Assembly: GCA_951804945.1 (NCBI GenBank)
Contig: OX638151.1
Location: 92,070,001 to 92,134,000 of the forward strand
DNA: 64,000 nucleotides
Source: Podarcis cretensis
Lineage: Eukaryota
Direction: 5' to 3'
Below are positions 1 to 12,570 of the stretch, in pieces; the stretch's first letter is position 1; each line of letters begins with the position of its first letter. The position numbers and the translations under genes were made by a program. A model generated the notes under the pieces. It was not told where the DNA came from, made no database searches, and saw nothing but the letters and a program-made list of their open reading frames with translations.

Positions 1-549
1 ATATTATTGTGTTTGGCCTGCCTAGCTGTTATCATCCTGAGCCTCATTCTTGAATCTTTTGTATGTGTTAACAGAAAACAGCGGAAGTATATATTTTAAA
101 TTAACAGGCATGGTTTTTAAGGTTTGTTTTAATCAAAAATTAGCATGCACACATCGTACTATAACAGGCTCTGGAACACCTTGGTTTTCCTAAGAAATCA
201 GATGTTGAAATTAGGATGGTGATAACTAGCTGTGTTCCAAAACCCTTAAATTAGAAACCAAAATAATGCTTGTCTTCATGCAAGATTTTCTTTCAGAAGT
301 CCTTATACAATACAATATTTCTGTACAAAAAAATAAAAAAATCCACTGTCATCAGCCTGGTGACTGGTTCATTCTTTCTTAATCTACTAATATTGGGGTA
401 TCAACTTTGTAGGAAAGAAATGACTGTAACCAATTATTCTAGTTATTATTTCATGGAAGGATTAAAAACTTTTAATATGTAATATTTGCATCCTTTCTTG
501 CTGTCATGACTAGAATAAAAATAATAATGTATGTCCACCTCTTTTGCAG

Positions 550-785
550 AAGTGACCACTGTCCAACACAACATGTCAACTGTAAGCCATAGTTATGATG
601 ATTTGGGAGCTGTACTGAAGGAAAAAAGATCAGAACTGGAATCCACTCTTTCAAATATGCAAAACATTCAAAGAGAATCAAATTCAATGATGGAATGGTT
701 ACAGAATATGGACACTGCTGCAGCCAAATGGGAAGCAACTCTTATTGACAGTGAGGCTGTTAAAGAGCAAGTCGATCAACACAAG
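550..785 (+). CDS. DST: DST exon (VTTVQHNMS...EQVDQHK), phase 1-0
   Basis: ttttgcag|AA ... CACAAG|gtagtt; lies in ORF 531..842. Confidence 0.88.
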
Positions 786-1111
786 GTAGTTTCTGTCTCC
801 CCCTCTGTTCAAAACTATCAATTAAGCATAATTAATTTTTAAAGTGAGCTTCCTGTTCATATTAATGGACAGGGTCTGTTTAATAATGTATGTAACAGTA
901 CAACCATATATTAGCACTTTGTACTGACACCTTATGGAAATCCCATAAAAAACGTCTTATCAGGCATAGGATCAGAGGTCAGATTGCATACCTGTGATAA
1001 AATGTATCAGAGCTGCCTAACAGATTAAGAGATCATCTCAATGAATCACCGCTTCTGCCAAACACTTTGGTTTTTATGTATTCTCAAGCCTAACATGTTC
1101 ATTCTTCATAG

Positions 1112-1241
1112 CTATTTGAAACAGAATTGAAACAGAATGAGAATAAAGTGCAAGAACTGAAGGATAGAGTGACAGAGCTATTGGAGAAGAACCCAGACTC
1201 TCCTGAGGCACCGAAATGGAAACAGATGTTGGATAAAATAG
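1112..1241 (+). CDS. DST: DST exon ([12 protein letters not shown]...QMLDKI), phase 0-1
   Basis: cttcatag|CTA ... ATAG|gtatgg; translated by hand, not in the ORF track. Confidence 0.9.
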
Positions 1242-1998
1242 GTATGGCAAGTTTTATTTTGCAGTGTAGGAGAAGGACAACGATCTAACATTTGGCAAAA
1301 CAAACCACAGATTGAATGTTTGTGAGCTTTGGAGAGAAGGATTGCACCTCATCCACATGACATACTAGAAACCTCTTCTGGACATGCTTTTGTTTATACA
1401 TGACTACTGGCTTATGAGGTTTGGTCTAGCCTATCAGATCTTATATTTTAAAAGGCACTGGCCACAGCCACATGTCAGGATAAAACAGCTCATGGGAACT
1501 GTAAACTATCATCCATGGCTTAATGTTGCGTCCAACCCAGGGATCTTGGTTTGCTTAACTCAAACAAACCACAATTCGGAAGTCAAGCATAAACCTTGGC
1601 TTTTCATTGTGGTTTGTTTGGACTGAAACTAACGCACCGTCCCTGGTTTTTATATATTACTAAGCCAGGGCTTGTGGTTTGTTCCTCCCACTTGCAAAAT
1701 CAGAATCCCCAGCTTGGCATTTGAAAACAAGCCCCGCTTTTCGTTTGCCAAAGCTTGTTCTTGGTTTCTTGATTGTTGCCTGTGTGAGCAAACCAAACCA
1801 AGACCCCCAGGTTGGATGTAAAGCTAAGCCCAGGGGTCATGGTTTGTTCCTCCCCCTTGTTCTAGTAGAGAAGTGCAGCAGGAACCATCTGCATGTCCAC
1901 AGCAAACCACTGCCATTGTTTATTTGTTTGACTATTTCATATGAAATTACTACAATTATCATGCAATTTTACGAAATATTCCATTCATTTTTTCACAG

Positions 1999-2198
1999 AT
2001 TCCAAATGGAGGGAGCTCAGCCAAGTAACAGCTGACAGACAGAAAAAACTGGAAGAGTCGTCAAATTACCTGACCCAGTTCCAGGCAACCGAGGCTCAGT
2101 TAAAACAGTGGCTGGTAGAAAAAGAATTAATGGTCAGCGTGCTTGGACCACTGTCAATTGACCCAAATATGTTGAACACGCAGAAGCAGCAAGTTCAG
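1999..2198 (+). CDS. DST: DST exon (DSKWRELSQ...QKQQVQ), phase 1-0
   Basis: tttcacag|AT ... GTTCAG|gtgagc. Confidence 0.93.
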
Positions 2199-3193
2199 GT
2201 GAGCATTTGGTCTCATTGCATATTATTTGTAGAAAGATGCTTGTGCTTCCTGGATTGAAAACACTGCTATTGTGGACCCATGACCAATGTGGTTTATCCT
2301 TTTTTTTGGCGGAGTGTAGTTCTGAAAACAAATATGAAGGCACCAAACAACAATCAATTTTCTAAAAAAAAATATGGAACTAATAATGTTAATAATGACA
2401 AAAAAGGGCTTCTATGTGGCGAGAGAAGTGCAGCTAGAGGTTAAAGTTTTGAGCAAGGGAAAATGAATGGCAGCGCCTTTCTTCTATGACCCTGTGCATA
2501 TATAAGCAAGTATCAATCACACGTGAATTACAAAATATTCCACACTCACAACCAGTATCGATATTGGAAAAGAAATATGGCGTCTCACTGTCTTCTTTCC
2601 CTCCTAATGCTGTTGCATGGTATGTAATGACACTTGGAAGTGCAGAAGGAGGTGCTTAATCTCTTGCCCACTCACTGATCCTTCCTTCCAAATACTCCCA
2701 TGTAAGTGTATAATTTCCCCCTTCAGCACACCCACTGGCTTCCAAAATCAGGAGTGAGTGATGTCCGATGAGATAAAAACCACAGTATTTGATCTGTGGT
2801 GACTGCTTCATCCACACGGGTCAATGCTCAGGTTGATTCATTTAACACGTGTCTCAAAGCAGGAGACTAGGTCATGCAAATCAGGTGTTTTCCAAGGTGC
2901 CTCTTTATCCTTAGTGATAGTACATGCATGGTGGAGTTGACGCAGGGTGCACCTGCTCTTCCACATCATGGGTTGCAGTACTGGATCAGCAGGTTGTCTG
3001 AACCAGACGTAAGGGATAAATATGAATATATTAACCTACCTTAAAGCGATACTGGCAGAATGCATTTTATTTTTACGACCAAGAGCTATTTCATGTACTC
3101 ATCAGCTCAGGATGCTACACTAGGTAAACGGCTAGTACAGTTTGTGATATCTGTTTTTCCTTACACTTTCCTGAAATTACTTTCTCTCATCAG

Positions 3194-3689
3194 ATTCTGC
3201 TCAATGAGTTTGACACTCGAAAACCCCAATATGAGCAGCTGAATACAGCAGGACAAGCGATAATGAAGAGACCAGGTGAACACCCACCTTCTCACGAAAT
3301 GGTGAAGCAGCAACTGGCTGCTGTGGCGCAGAAATGGGATGGCTTAACCGGACAGCTGAGTGACCGGTGCAACCGAATCGATCAAGCCATTGTGAAAAGC
3401 ACAGAATATCAAAGCTGCCTGAAAAGCCTTTCTGAGAAGCTTAGTGTCTTGGATGATAAACTCAACAGCAGCCTGGCTATAAGTACAGACCCTGATTCTG
3501 TGAAGCGGCAACTGGAAGTGGCCAGAGAAGTGAAAGAAGAAATTGAACGGGAAATGCCAAAGAGAAAGGCTGCTCAAGCTCTGTGCGAGGAATTGTCCGC
3601 ACTGGTGGCAGAAGATTACTTGAAAGCTGAACTAGCTAGGCAATTGGATGGCATCTTAAAACCCTTTCACGATATGGAACAAAAAGCAG
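3194..3689 (+). CDS. DST: DST exon ([16 protein letters not shown]...MEQKA), phase 0-1
   Basis: ctcatcag|ATT ... GCAG|gttcgt. Confidence 0.92.
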
Positions 3690-4869
3690 GTTCGTTAACA
3701 TAATCATCATCATCATTTTTTATTTGTATGCCACCTTTCCACAGTTAAAAAAAACCAATGCTCAAGGCGGCTTACAGCATGACAAGATTTACATAATTAC
3801 AAAAGTCATAAACAATAAATAAACCACATCTAATGAGATGAGATGATATTGAGGGCCTAGATTCTATGAATGGGTGGGTGAGAATAGCTGCATATTTATA
3901 GACTATGCCAGTTATTTGAATTTTTTAAGATATCAAATGCCATGTGATTGACAGTAGATCGTATATGTGTTTACCAGTGAGTGATTCACACATTGTAAAT
4001 TAATGCTTCTGTGTGAAATTTATGTAGGGAAAATACATATATTTCTCCAACCTTTGTGTACTTTTCTTGACCGTGCCACAGTTTCAGACAGCCTTAGGGT
4101 TCACCCACACTTCTATATGCTATATGCCCTGCTGCTTTCCTCTGGAGAAATTGGCGGTTTAGTGCTGAAACAGAACAAACAGCAAAACCTGATTGCCATT
4201 TGTTCCGTTTAGCACTAAAGGGCGGGTTTTCCAGGGGAAAGTGACAGGGCAAAGCTGCTTGGATCCATGTTTTCCAGGCATGGAAACTGAATTAGCTAGG
4301 CAAGCAGAAAACTGCTTGGACCTGTGCTTTCTAGGCACAGGACAAGTATGGATGAGCCCTTACTTTGGGGAGGGGGTGTTTAAGACTCAACAAGGGAGTC
4401 CCAACAGGAGTTCTGTAAAGTTGCAACAGGACTGGCAGTGATCTTTGGAAGCATTTTATCTCAATGACTGTTGAGGGATTACTTCAAGCTTTACTGTTCA
4501 TAGTGCATGTCATTTATGTTTGTGATGTTTATAGTGGCACTAGTGATCATACTATCCTGGTTACCTGATTAGTTCCCCACCCTCAAGAATCCCTTGTTGT
4601 CAAGGGATGATTATTATTATCAAGGGGTTATAATTTAGGCTGCAATACTATTATTTTCCAAGCTGGTGGTCTTCAATAAACTCACCAGCTAACAAGCTCC
4701 AATGAAGAATAATGTTTAATAAAACATCTCAAATTGCAAAAGGATGCATTTTCCTATAACATAATGTTTCTCCTTGATTGAAATAACATCAACCAAAATC
4801 CTAGTTAGAAGCCACTCAAAGACACGGATTTTAAGAACTTCTGTTTGTTTGTTTATTTGTCTTCTGCAG

Positions 4870-6344
4870 GCAATCACATTGAGCAACTTCAGTCAACTTA
4901 TGTTAGTTCTCATCAGTTCCAGCAAATGTCTAAGGACTTTCAGGCCTGGTTGGACAAAAAGAAGGAAGAACAGAATCAGCCTTGTCCCATCTCTACCAAG
5001 CTGGAGTCTCTGTGGACATTAATTGATGATCAGAAAGAGTTCAAGGCTGCCTTGTCTGACCAGACTGGTTCTTATGAAAAAATCATCACAGAAGGCGAAA
5101 GTTTACTCCAAAAGACTCAGGGAGCAGAGAAGGCTGAGCTGCAGGCCCAGCTGAACTTGCTCAGAGGTAACTGGGATGAAATGAACAAACAAGTTAAAGA
5201 AAGGCAAGATAAATTAAATGATTGTTTGGAAAAAGCCCTTAGATACAGAGAGCATGTAGAAAACCTACAACCCTGGATAGCGAAATGCCAAAGCAATACC
5301 TCTCAAATAGAAATGAGCATAGATCCTGTTCGGCTAGAGAATTCCATCGCTCAGGTGAAGAGCTGGCAGAAGGACCTAGATAAACACCAAGGGTTGGTGG
5401 AGCTATTAAGTAATGCAGCTGAGACATTACTCAGTGCCTGTCAGACAGACAAAGACATTATTGAAGAGGAGAAGACACTGCTGATCCAGAACATGGATAT
5501 AGTCACAGAACAACTGCATGCTAAGAGAGATGGTCTGGAAAAGATGTCTCAGAGACTGAAAGAGTTTCAAGAGTCATCAAAGGACGTTGAAGAGCAGCTG
5601 AAGAATGCCAGAGAACAGCTGGAAACACACGATTCTCTCAAACCCCAGACTTACAGTAACAAACACTTGACGATTATGCAGGCTCAGCAGAAAACACTCC
5701 AGGCCTTGAAGGCTCAAGTGGACCTTACAAAAAAGCTGGCCCAAGAACTGGTGGCAGATGCTACAGATTCATCAGGTGTCTCTGACCTCTTGTTGCAGGC
5801 AGAAACATTAGAAGAAGAATTCAGCACCATCAGTCAGCAGGTTGAAGATAAATGTTCATTCCTGGAGACTAAACTCCAGGGAATTGGCCATTTCCAAAAC
5901 AGCATCCGAGAGATGTTTTCTCAGTTTGCAGAGTTCGACGATGAATTGGACAGCATGGATTCTGTGGGTAGGGATCTTGTCACACTGCAGTCACAGCGAA
6001 AGGATATAAAAACTTTCCTGAAAAAGTTGGAGGAACTCATAACCAGTAATGAAAATGCAAATAATACCTGCAAAATGATGCTAGCAAATGAAGCTGAAGC
6101 GTCTCCAGATCTTGCAGGTATAAAAAGGGACTTGGAGGCTTTAAATAAGCAGTGCAACAAGTTGCTAGACAGAGCAAAAGCCAGAGATGAACAGATTGAA
6201 GGGACTATTAGCCGCGTTGAAGAGTTCTACAGTAAACTAAAGGGGTTTTCTAAACTGCTTGGGGAAGTTGAAGAGCATGAAGAGTCCCAGGGTTCTGTTG
6301 GAATGGAAATTGAGACGATAAATCAGCAGCTGAACGTATTTAAG
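4870..6344 (+). CDS. DST: DST large rod exon, 1475 nt (GNHIEQLQS...QQLNVFK), phase 1-0
   Basis: cttctgcag|GC ... TTTAAG|gtaaga; ORF 4845..6371. Confidence 0.95.
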
Positions 6345-7152
6345 GTAAGAAGGACCTTTCTGAGTTTTTAGAATTCTGTATTGTAAAATGAAAACTAACT
6401 GTAAGAATATTGTGACGCGAGCTCCTTAGTAGTCTAGACCCCCAAGGAAAAGTGATTGGGCTGGCCCTCCTTTTTCAGCTTATAGGTCATGTGTTGTAAG
6501 CCAGTCAGTTTCTTAAGAATTGCGTTCAAAGTCATTTTTCATGTTTCCCAACAGAGGGTGCTTTTTGCCTATTTTAAGACGAGTGAGATCTAACATAACC
6601 CAATGCATTCCCATCTTGAGATCTAAAGCTTTATTAATAAGCAAGTTTTGTTTGTTTGTTTATGAATTCAAATGCTTCCTCTAATTTCAACGGATAAACA
6701 TAATTGCTGCAAAATAGTTACATCATAACATTTTTATTTGCCTTGTAATGAATAAGACTTAAGTTGTCCAACAGGAAGTGATATCACATGCTCCTTTGGT
6801 TTGGGGGTCCTTGGAATTTACAAGTAATTTGAGGGTTGTGGTCTGAAGTTGTATGAAGTGTTCTCAGCTCAGTGTTCTCATGAAGCAATTTAGAAACTGA
6901 GAAGATGGTCTTCTCTTTGGTCAAAAGTTATTAGAGAAGCATTCTTAAGTTGTTTTAAAACAGAGTGTCCTGCATTTTGCTTTGAAGATCTCCAGCAAAG
7001 CTGAGCTTCTTGGGTTTTCCTCTCCTCTCCTCTCACACTGCTGACATGATTAATGGTAATTTTAAAACTGGCTGGGTGCAAATACACTAAATTGTGGTTC
7101 CATTCAAGCACACAGAAGGGTTGTCAACTGCAGCTTTTGTTATTCAGAACAA

Positions 7153-7285
7153 ACTTTCCCAAACTTGGATCTCCAGCTATTGTTAAACTACAAATCCTAT
7201 CATCCCTGACCACCAATCCTGCTAGCTAGAGATGATGGGAATTTTAGTCCAGCAACAGCTAGAGACCCAAGTTTGGGAAACACTG
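7153..7285. mobile_element. Palindromic MITE (hAT-like); related decayed copies near 29905-30005, 32430-32555, 41900-42040, 61670-61790
   Basis: tttcccaaacttggatctccagct...agctagagacccaagtttgggaaa inverted arms with internal ctacaaatcctatcatc/gatgatgggaattttag. Confidence 0.6.
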
Positions 7286-9361
7286 CCCTAGAGCTTAACT
7301 AACACAGTTCAATTTACTTTAAAAGTTGGGATTCTTTAAGAATCTTTATATTTCCTTTGCTTCCCATTGTTACTATACTGCCCGGCTGAGGGGGCTCAGT
7401 GCTTCTGTGGCAGGAGAGTCTTCTCATGAACAGATTGCTGAATGATGGGATAGAATGAGGGCAGGAGCAGCCCTGAACTTTCCCCACCTCCACACCCATT
7501 CAGAATATAGCCATAATCTTTCCCAGAGAGCAAGACAAAGCACAATGAACACAGCCTCCAGCATCCCACGCCCCAGAGGCATTGCACAGGCATGCAGGAA
7601 GAAATAGATCCTGCTCTGAGTAGTGTGTTTATATCAAACAATTCCAAATAAAAGACAATGGGGAGAGGAACTGAAGAAGCTGCAATTCAACTGTCTTCTC
7701 TGACAGCTGGTGCTTATATATGTATTAGCGGCAGATATTTATTTCATTTACTATGTGCACCATATGAAGAGCCAGCCCTCCTGTGACAGAGTGAAGGTGA
7801 GGTCAAGCAGAGTCCTGGGCGAGGTCCAAAAAGGCTGAGATTAGCTTTCATTCCTGGGGGTTGTCCCAAGAGTCATGACCTGGGATCATGCCAGGCATTA
7901 TGCAGTCAAGAGGTTTCATCCAAACCTGGTTCCCAGGATCAAGAAAAGTACTGATCAATCAGTCAGGGCAAAACAAAGAGGTGTGGAGGTGAGCTAAGGC
8001 AAGGGCAACAGGCCACTGGCTGTGCATTTGTTCTGCTGAAGCATAGTTCTGGTTTCTGTCTTGTAACCCCGGCCCTCATCCAAGAAAGCTGTCTGGCAGA
8101 ATTTATTTTAATATCCAGTGTGCCTAAGATAAACTCAGTGGCTGAAAGCAAAAAAACAACCCTGCCTTGGGCACTAGGTGTTAACTTCCATGCCATAATG
8201 AACTTTCATTTCCTAAGATGGCACAGAAGGGAAGCACAACACTAGGTCCTCTTGCCTGCTCAGCACCAGAATCAGTAGAATAAAGGCATATAAAGGCCTG
8301 AGCAAATGAGACATCATTTACCTGGCATACAAAAAATAACAGAAGGAGCCCTTCTGAGCCAAAGATAGGGCTCCCCTGATGAAAAAGCCCTCTTTCAGGT
8401 TATCAGACAATAGGACCTGAAGAGATATAACAGTGGGCAGTGGAAGAAACCACTTTTTAAGGTACACTTGCTTCCAAGATGGGTTTTTTAAACTTGAAAG
8501 TCATAAAAAGTACTTAAAGGATTGCTTTTTCCCTATGTATTTCCTTCAGTGTGACCAAGCAACGTCAGAGGTCTTGCTTTGCATCTCCCCAACAGCAGAT
8601 ATGCAGTGGGTGAGAACAATGAACAGGGCAATATCAGTTACGGCACCAGTGCTCTGGACTGCCCTCCCCAGGAAAGCATGTCTGGACCCACCATTGCGTA
8701 CATTTCACAAGCTCTTTAAGAGCTCTTTTGCAAACCCTTTGATGGCTCTTAGCAGATCTCTCTGCTACTGTGATGATAGTGGTTGTGCTACTACCATTTG
8801 TTTTTCTGTATTGTTTTACTGGCTCTTCTTTTCTTTTATGGCTTTCCTTGCCATATAACAATGCAAGGTATCCCCCAGATAAATATGGGATGAACAGACG
8901 TTTGAGAATTTCCCCTGTCTTTCTCCACCACATCCTTGAAAGGGGATCAATGATATCCCTGAGGAGCTGTAGTCTATGCAATCTACTGGCCTGTTCAGGC
9001 TTTCTTTTTGTAATTTGCAGTAAGAATTGGAACAATTATGTTACCTCTTTGGGTAAAGTTTGTAATTATTACTTCATTTTATAATGTATATGGAACTGTT
9101 AGAACAAGAGACAAAAAATAAAAGATGAAAAACAAAACTATAAAATAGGAATGTAGAATGAGTTAAAATAACAAAGTAAAGACTTTCAACTTTACCAGAT
9201 CATCTATAGTTGTAGATTTGCCAGGCATGTGACAAAGGTTGTCTTGAAAAGTATGGTATATGTCATAAAGCAATGCCAAATCATATCAAAAGTGTAATAT
9301 TTGGGCTGTTTTCTATTGAGTTGCAATTACTATTCATGCTGTCAAGATCATATATAAGACT

Positions 9362-9548
9362 AAACAAAAAAAATTCCTTCCAGTAGCACCTTAAAGACCA
9401 ACTAAGTTAGTTCTTGGTATGAGCTTACGTGTGCATGCACACGAAAGCTCATACCAAGAACTAACTTAGTTGGTCTTTAAGGTGCTACTGGAAGGAATTT
9501 TTTTTGTTTTGACTATGGCAGACCAACACGGCTACCTATCTGTAACTG
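9362..9548. mobile_element. Penelope-like element remnant collapsed to a 148-bp palindrome plus tail
   Basis: 9362-9509 is self-complementary with one mismatch; motif agcaccttaaagaccaac...gtctttaaggtgctactgg...ccaacacggctacc is typical of reptile Penelope termini as recalled; 13-bp direct repeat atatataagacta at 9350 and 9550. Confidence 0.7.
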
Positions 9549-10292
9549 TATATATAAGACTAGTTCTTTTGACAATATATATTTACATTGGTATCATCAA
9601 AAATATTCAGTAACATTAATTTTGGACAACAAACAATATTTTCTTTAGTGATATTTATCATTTCTCTCAAAATTAAATTAAATTTTGCACCAACTGACAT
9701 TCCCGCTATAAATGATAATATGTGCCAAGTTTATTGCAAACCCTCTAACAGTCAGGTGATATAGAATAAAATATTTTTGACATTTGCAAAGGCTTGCAAC
9801 ACCATCTGTGTAACATTTTTAAGTTTTCCCTAAGGAAACCAGAAACAGATTTTTAGGGTCATGATGCCCAGCTTTTATTCCAGTCCTTGGGAATAATTTG
9901 TGTGCCAATATCCAGTTCCCATATCTTGTTAAGAGGTGGCATAGATCCATAAGTTACATTGAGCAACGTAGAGTACAGTTTAGAAACTAATCCTTTCTCC
10001 CCTCTACGCATTGTGCTTCATAATTTTTCAGATGGTGTTAAGGGTCTTAGAGCTTGTGTTTTTACATGTTCTTTTAAAAATAAAACACTGAATTTAATTA
10101 AAATAAATCCAGTTTGTGTTAAGTTAAGCCTTCTTTCTCTCTGACAGTTTTCACAATTTTTTCTTAATATCGCAAGTAAACGCTGCACTTTTTGGGTTTA
10201 GACTGCAACAAGCTCTTTCTGTGTCTGATTGTGTTTTGGAAACTTCTGACTTGGAGAACTGGTGTTTCAATACGTGCGTGTGTATTGGGATA

Positions 10293-10649
10293 AAGTTAAA
10301 GGTAAAGGGACCCCTGACAATTAGGTCCAGTTGTGGCCGACTCTGGGGTTGCGGCGCTCATCTCACTTTATTGGCCGAGGGAGCCGGCGTACAGCTTCCG
10401 GGACATGTGGCCAGCATGACTAAGCCGCTTCTGGCGAACCAGAGCAGCGCACGGAAACACCGTTTACCTTCCCACCGGAGTGTTACCTATTTATCTACTT
10501 GCATTTTTGACGTGCTTTCGAACTACGAAGTTGGCAGGAGCAGGGACCGAGCAATGGGAGCTCACCCCGCCGCGGGGATTCGAACCGCCGACCTTCTGAT
10601 CGGCAAGTCCTAGGCTCTGTGGTTTAACCCACAGTGCCACCCGCATCCC
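10293..10649 (-). mobile_element. Full-length Sauria SINE (Squam1-type, tRNA-derived)
   Basis: Minus strand starts GGGATGCGGGTGGCACTGTGGGTTAAACC, has B-box GGTTCGAATCC and a TTTACC-type tail; TSD tgtattggg(a/g)ta at 10281-10292 and 10651-10662. Confidence 0.88.
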
Positions 10650-10667
10650 TTGTATTGGGGTACTGTA

Positions 10668-10875
10668 TATTTATTTATTATTTATTACATTGTATATCCC
10701 CCCTTGCCTCCAAAGAGATCAAGGCAGCATAAAGCTCCCCCCCTCTCCATTACCCTCACAACAGTCCTGTAGGCTAGCCTGAGAATTGGTGACTAGCCCA
10801 AGGTCACCCAGTGAGCTTCATGACCAAGTGGAGATTTGAACCTTGTTCTCCCATGGCCTAGCATGACACTCTGAT
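10668..10875 (-). mobile_element. Degenerate tRNA-derived SINE (Squam3/MIR-like)
   Basis: gactagcccaaggtcacccagtgagcttcatg...gatttgaacc (reverse B-box) with a (TTTA)-type tail at the left end. Confidence 0.6.
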
Positions 10876-11489
10876 TTATTTGTTTATTTATGAAAACACT
10901 CAGCATGTTCATTCCATGTACATTTTATCTAGAACATCTTTGGGTTGTATTCATTTAGTCATGCTTAGAGTAGACCCACTGGAAACGAACGGGACTTAAA
11001 TCAGTTCTAAAGCCCTGTTGATTTCAATGGATCTACTCGTAAGCACGACTAAGTCTGGATCCAATTTGCTTGGCAGAATGTGTTCATCACATGCAACAAT
11101 GCATTTTGGCAACAGTTGCACACAGAGCTTCACAAATCCCTGTTGTTGGACTACAAAGATTAGTCTCTTTCTTTGTCTTTAGCATCCGATTCAGGTTATG
11201 TGAGGGCAACTTGAATGGGTTTAATAGCACACTTCTGAAGGTCCTTTCAGAAGGACCTCTCTATTTCTTGAAGATATGCACCTATGTTTGCAAAAAGAAG
11301 AAAAACAGAGCTTTGTATTATTATTTCTATGAACCATTCTATGAATGGTTACAATGGGGGGGGGGGGGGGGACCAAGGGCTAAAATGTTTTGATTTGAAA
11401 GATAGCTAAATTGATCTTTTAATCTACTCCTTGACGATACCTGATGGGTATTTTTATATGTTTTATTACAAATACTGTGTGTTTTAAAT

Positions 11490-11620
11490 TTTGTTTTCCC
11501 TCTGATTATTTGGGGGGGGGGTTATTGGGTTGTTCTTGTGTTTATTTTGATTATGTATTTTGTGTTTTTATATCGTGATTTTATCCTGTGAACCGCCCTG
11601 AGACCTGTGGGTATAGGGCG
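11490..11620 (+). mobile_element. L2-like 3' tail fragment
   Basis: ggttattgggttgtt...tgtgaaccgccctgagacc..gggtatagggcg; matches the 43468 element in opposite orientation. Confidence 0.6.
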
Positions 11621-11625
11621 TTTGT

Positions 11626-11656
11626 TTAATTAATTAATTAATTAATTAATTAATTA
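11626..11656. repeat. (TTAA)n microsatellite; a degenerate one also at 35898-35955
   Basis: Direct reading. Confidence 0.9.
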
Positions 11657-12029
11657 TATTATTCCTAATAATCTGTATTATCTATTTTTATATATTTAAA
11701 TGAGTTTTAAACCATGCTTCATTTACAAATAAGAATATGAAAAGTGGTTCACATTATCCACTTTATCCATTAATAAGCCAACAGTCAACCACAAAAGTGT
11801 GGGCTTCTTTCAGACAGTGACCTGGTTTTCACGCCACACTAAGACAAACCACGTCTTAGTGCAAGTGTGCAGCTCCCGGAGAGGAGATAATGGTCATCTT
11901 GCTGCTCCACAGTTGTTTTGCTGCTGCACCAGACTGAGCTAAGCCATGGTTTGATTTAGCCTGTCATCTTAATTTGGGCTTGTGGCATGTCTCTCTCCAA
12001 CATAATCATGATCTGTAACCAAGGTGTTT

Positions 12030-12570
12030 CCTGTGGACGACCACCATTTGAGGCAGAGACCTAGCTTTTTGGTCTCCATTCCTTGTTTTAGCAGTAGTAT
12101 CCAGTGAGGGGTTGAGGGTATGTGTATTGCTGTTGTCCATAAATGCACCATCTCCTGGGACACGCTATCAGAGGGTCTGTACCTGGTGCTTGGCCAAAGA
12201 AGCAGACTGGGGGTGCTGCTGGTCTATCAACTACCCTGTTGCCCAGCAGCATGCTTGATCAAGCTAGTCAAGGTAGTCTCTGGACTACTTCAATATCCAT
12301 TAGAGGCTGCCCCTGTATTGGCTGAGCTCAAGACTTAAGGCCTTCATTACAACCATGCAGCTCTCTCAAATGGTCATTGGTCCAACACATCATTTAGGAG
12401 ACACCCTTGATGGTAGTCTTTGCCCCAAATGACCTGAGGGATGGACTGAGGTTGGGTGTGGAAGTGCACTGCATTGTCATGCTCCGATCATTTCCTGGTA
12501 TAGTTTAGATTGGTAGCAACAATTTCCTGACTGGCAGTTGCCATTAGAAGTTTTGCGGCCAGGTACTATA
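12030..12570 (+). mobile_element. Degenerate L2 LINE ORF2 endonuclease fragment
   Basis: Translates GVLLVYQLPCCP and SQMVIGPTHHLGDTLD (APE-type PTHxxGxTLD motif), disrupted by stops. Confidence 0.6.

Noticed and set aside
75-86. Possible 12-nt microexon (ttaacag|AAAACAGCGGAA|gtatat)
   Set aside because: Frame-preserving, but the donor is weak and I cannot match the peptide to DST; needs RNA-seq.
10221-10613. 130-aa ORF and tRNA-like sequence
   Set aside because: Lies within the Sauria SINE; the tRNA-like head is SINE-derived, not a tRNA gene.
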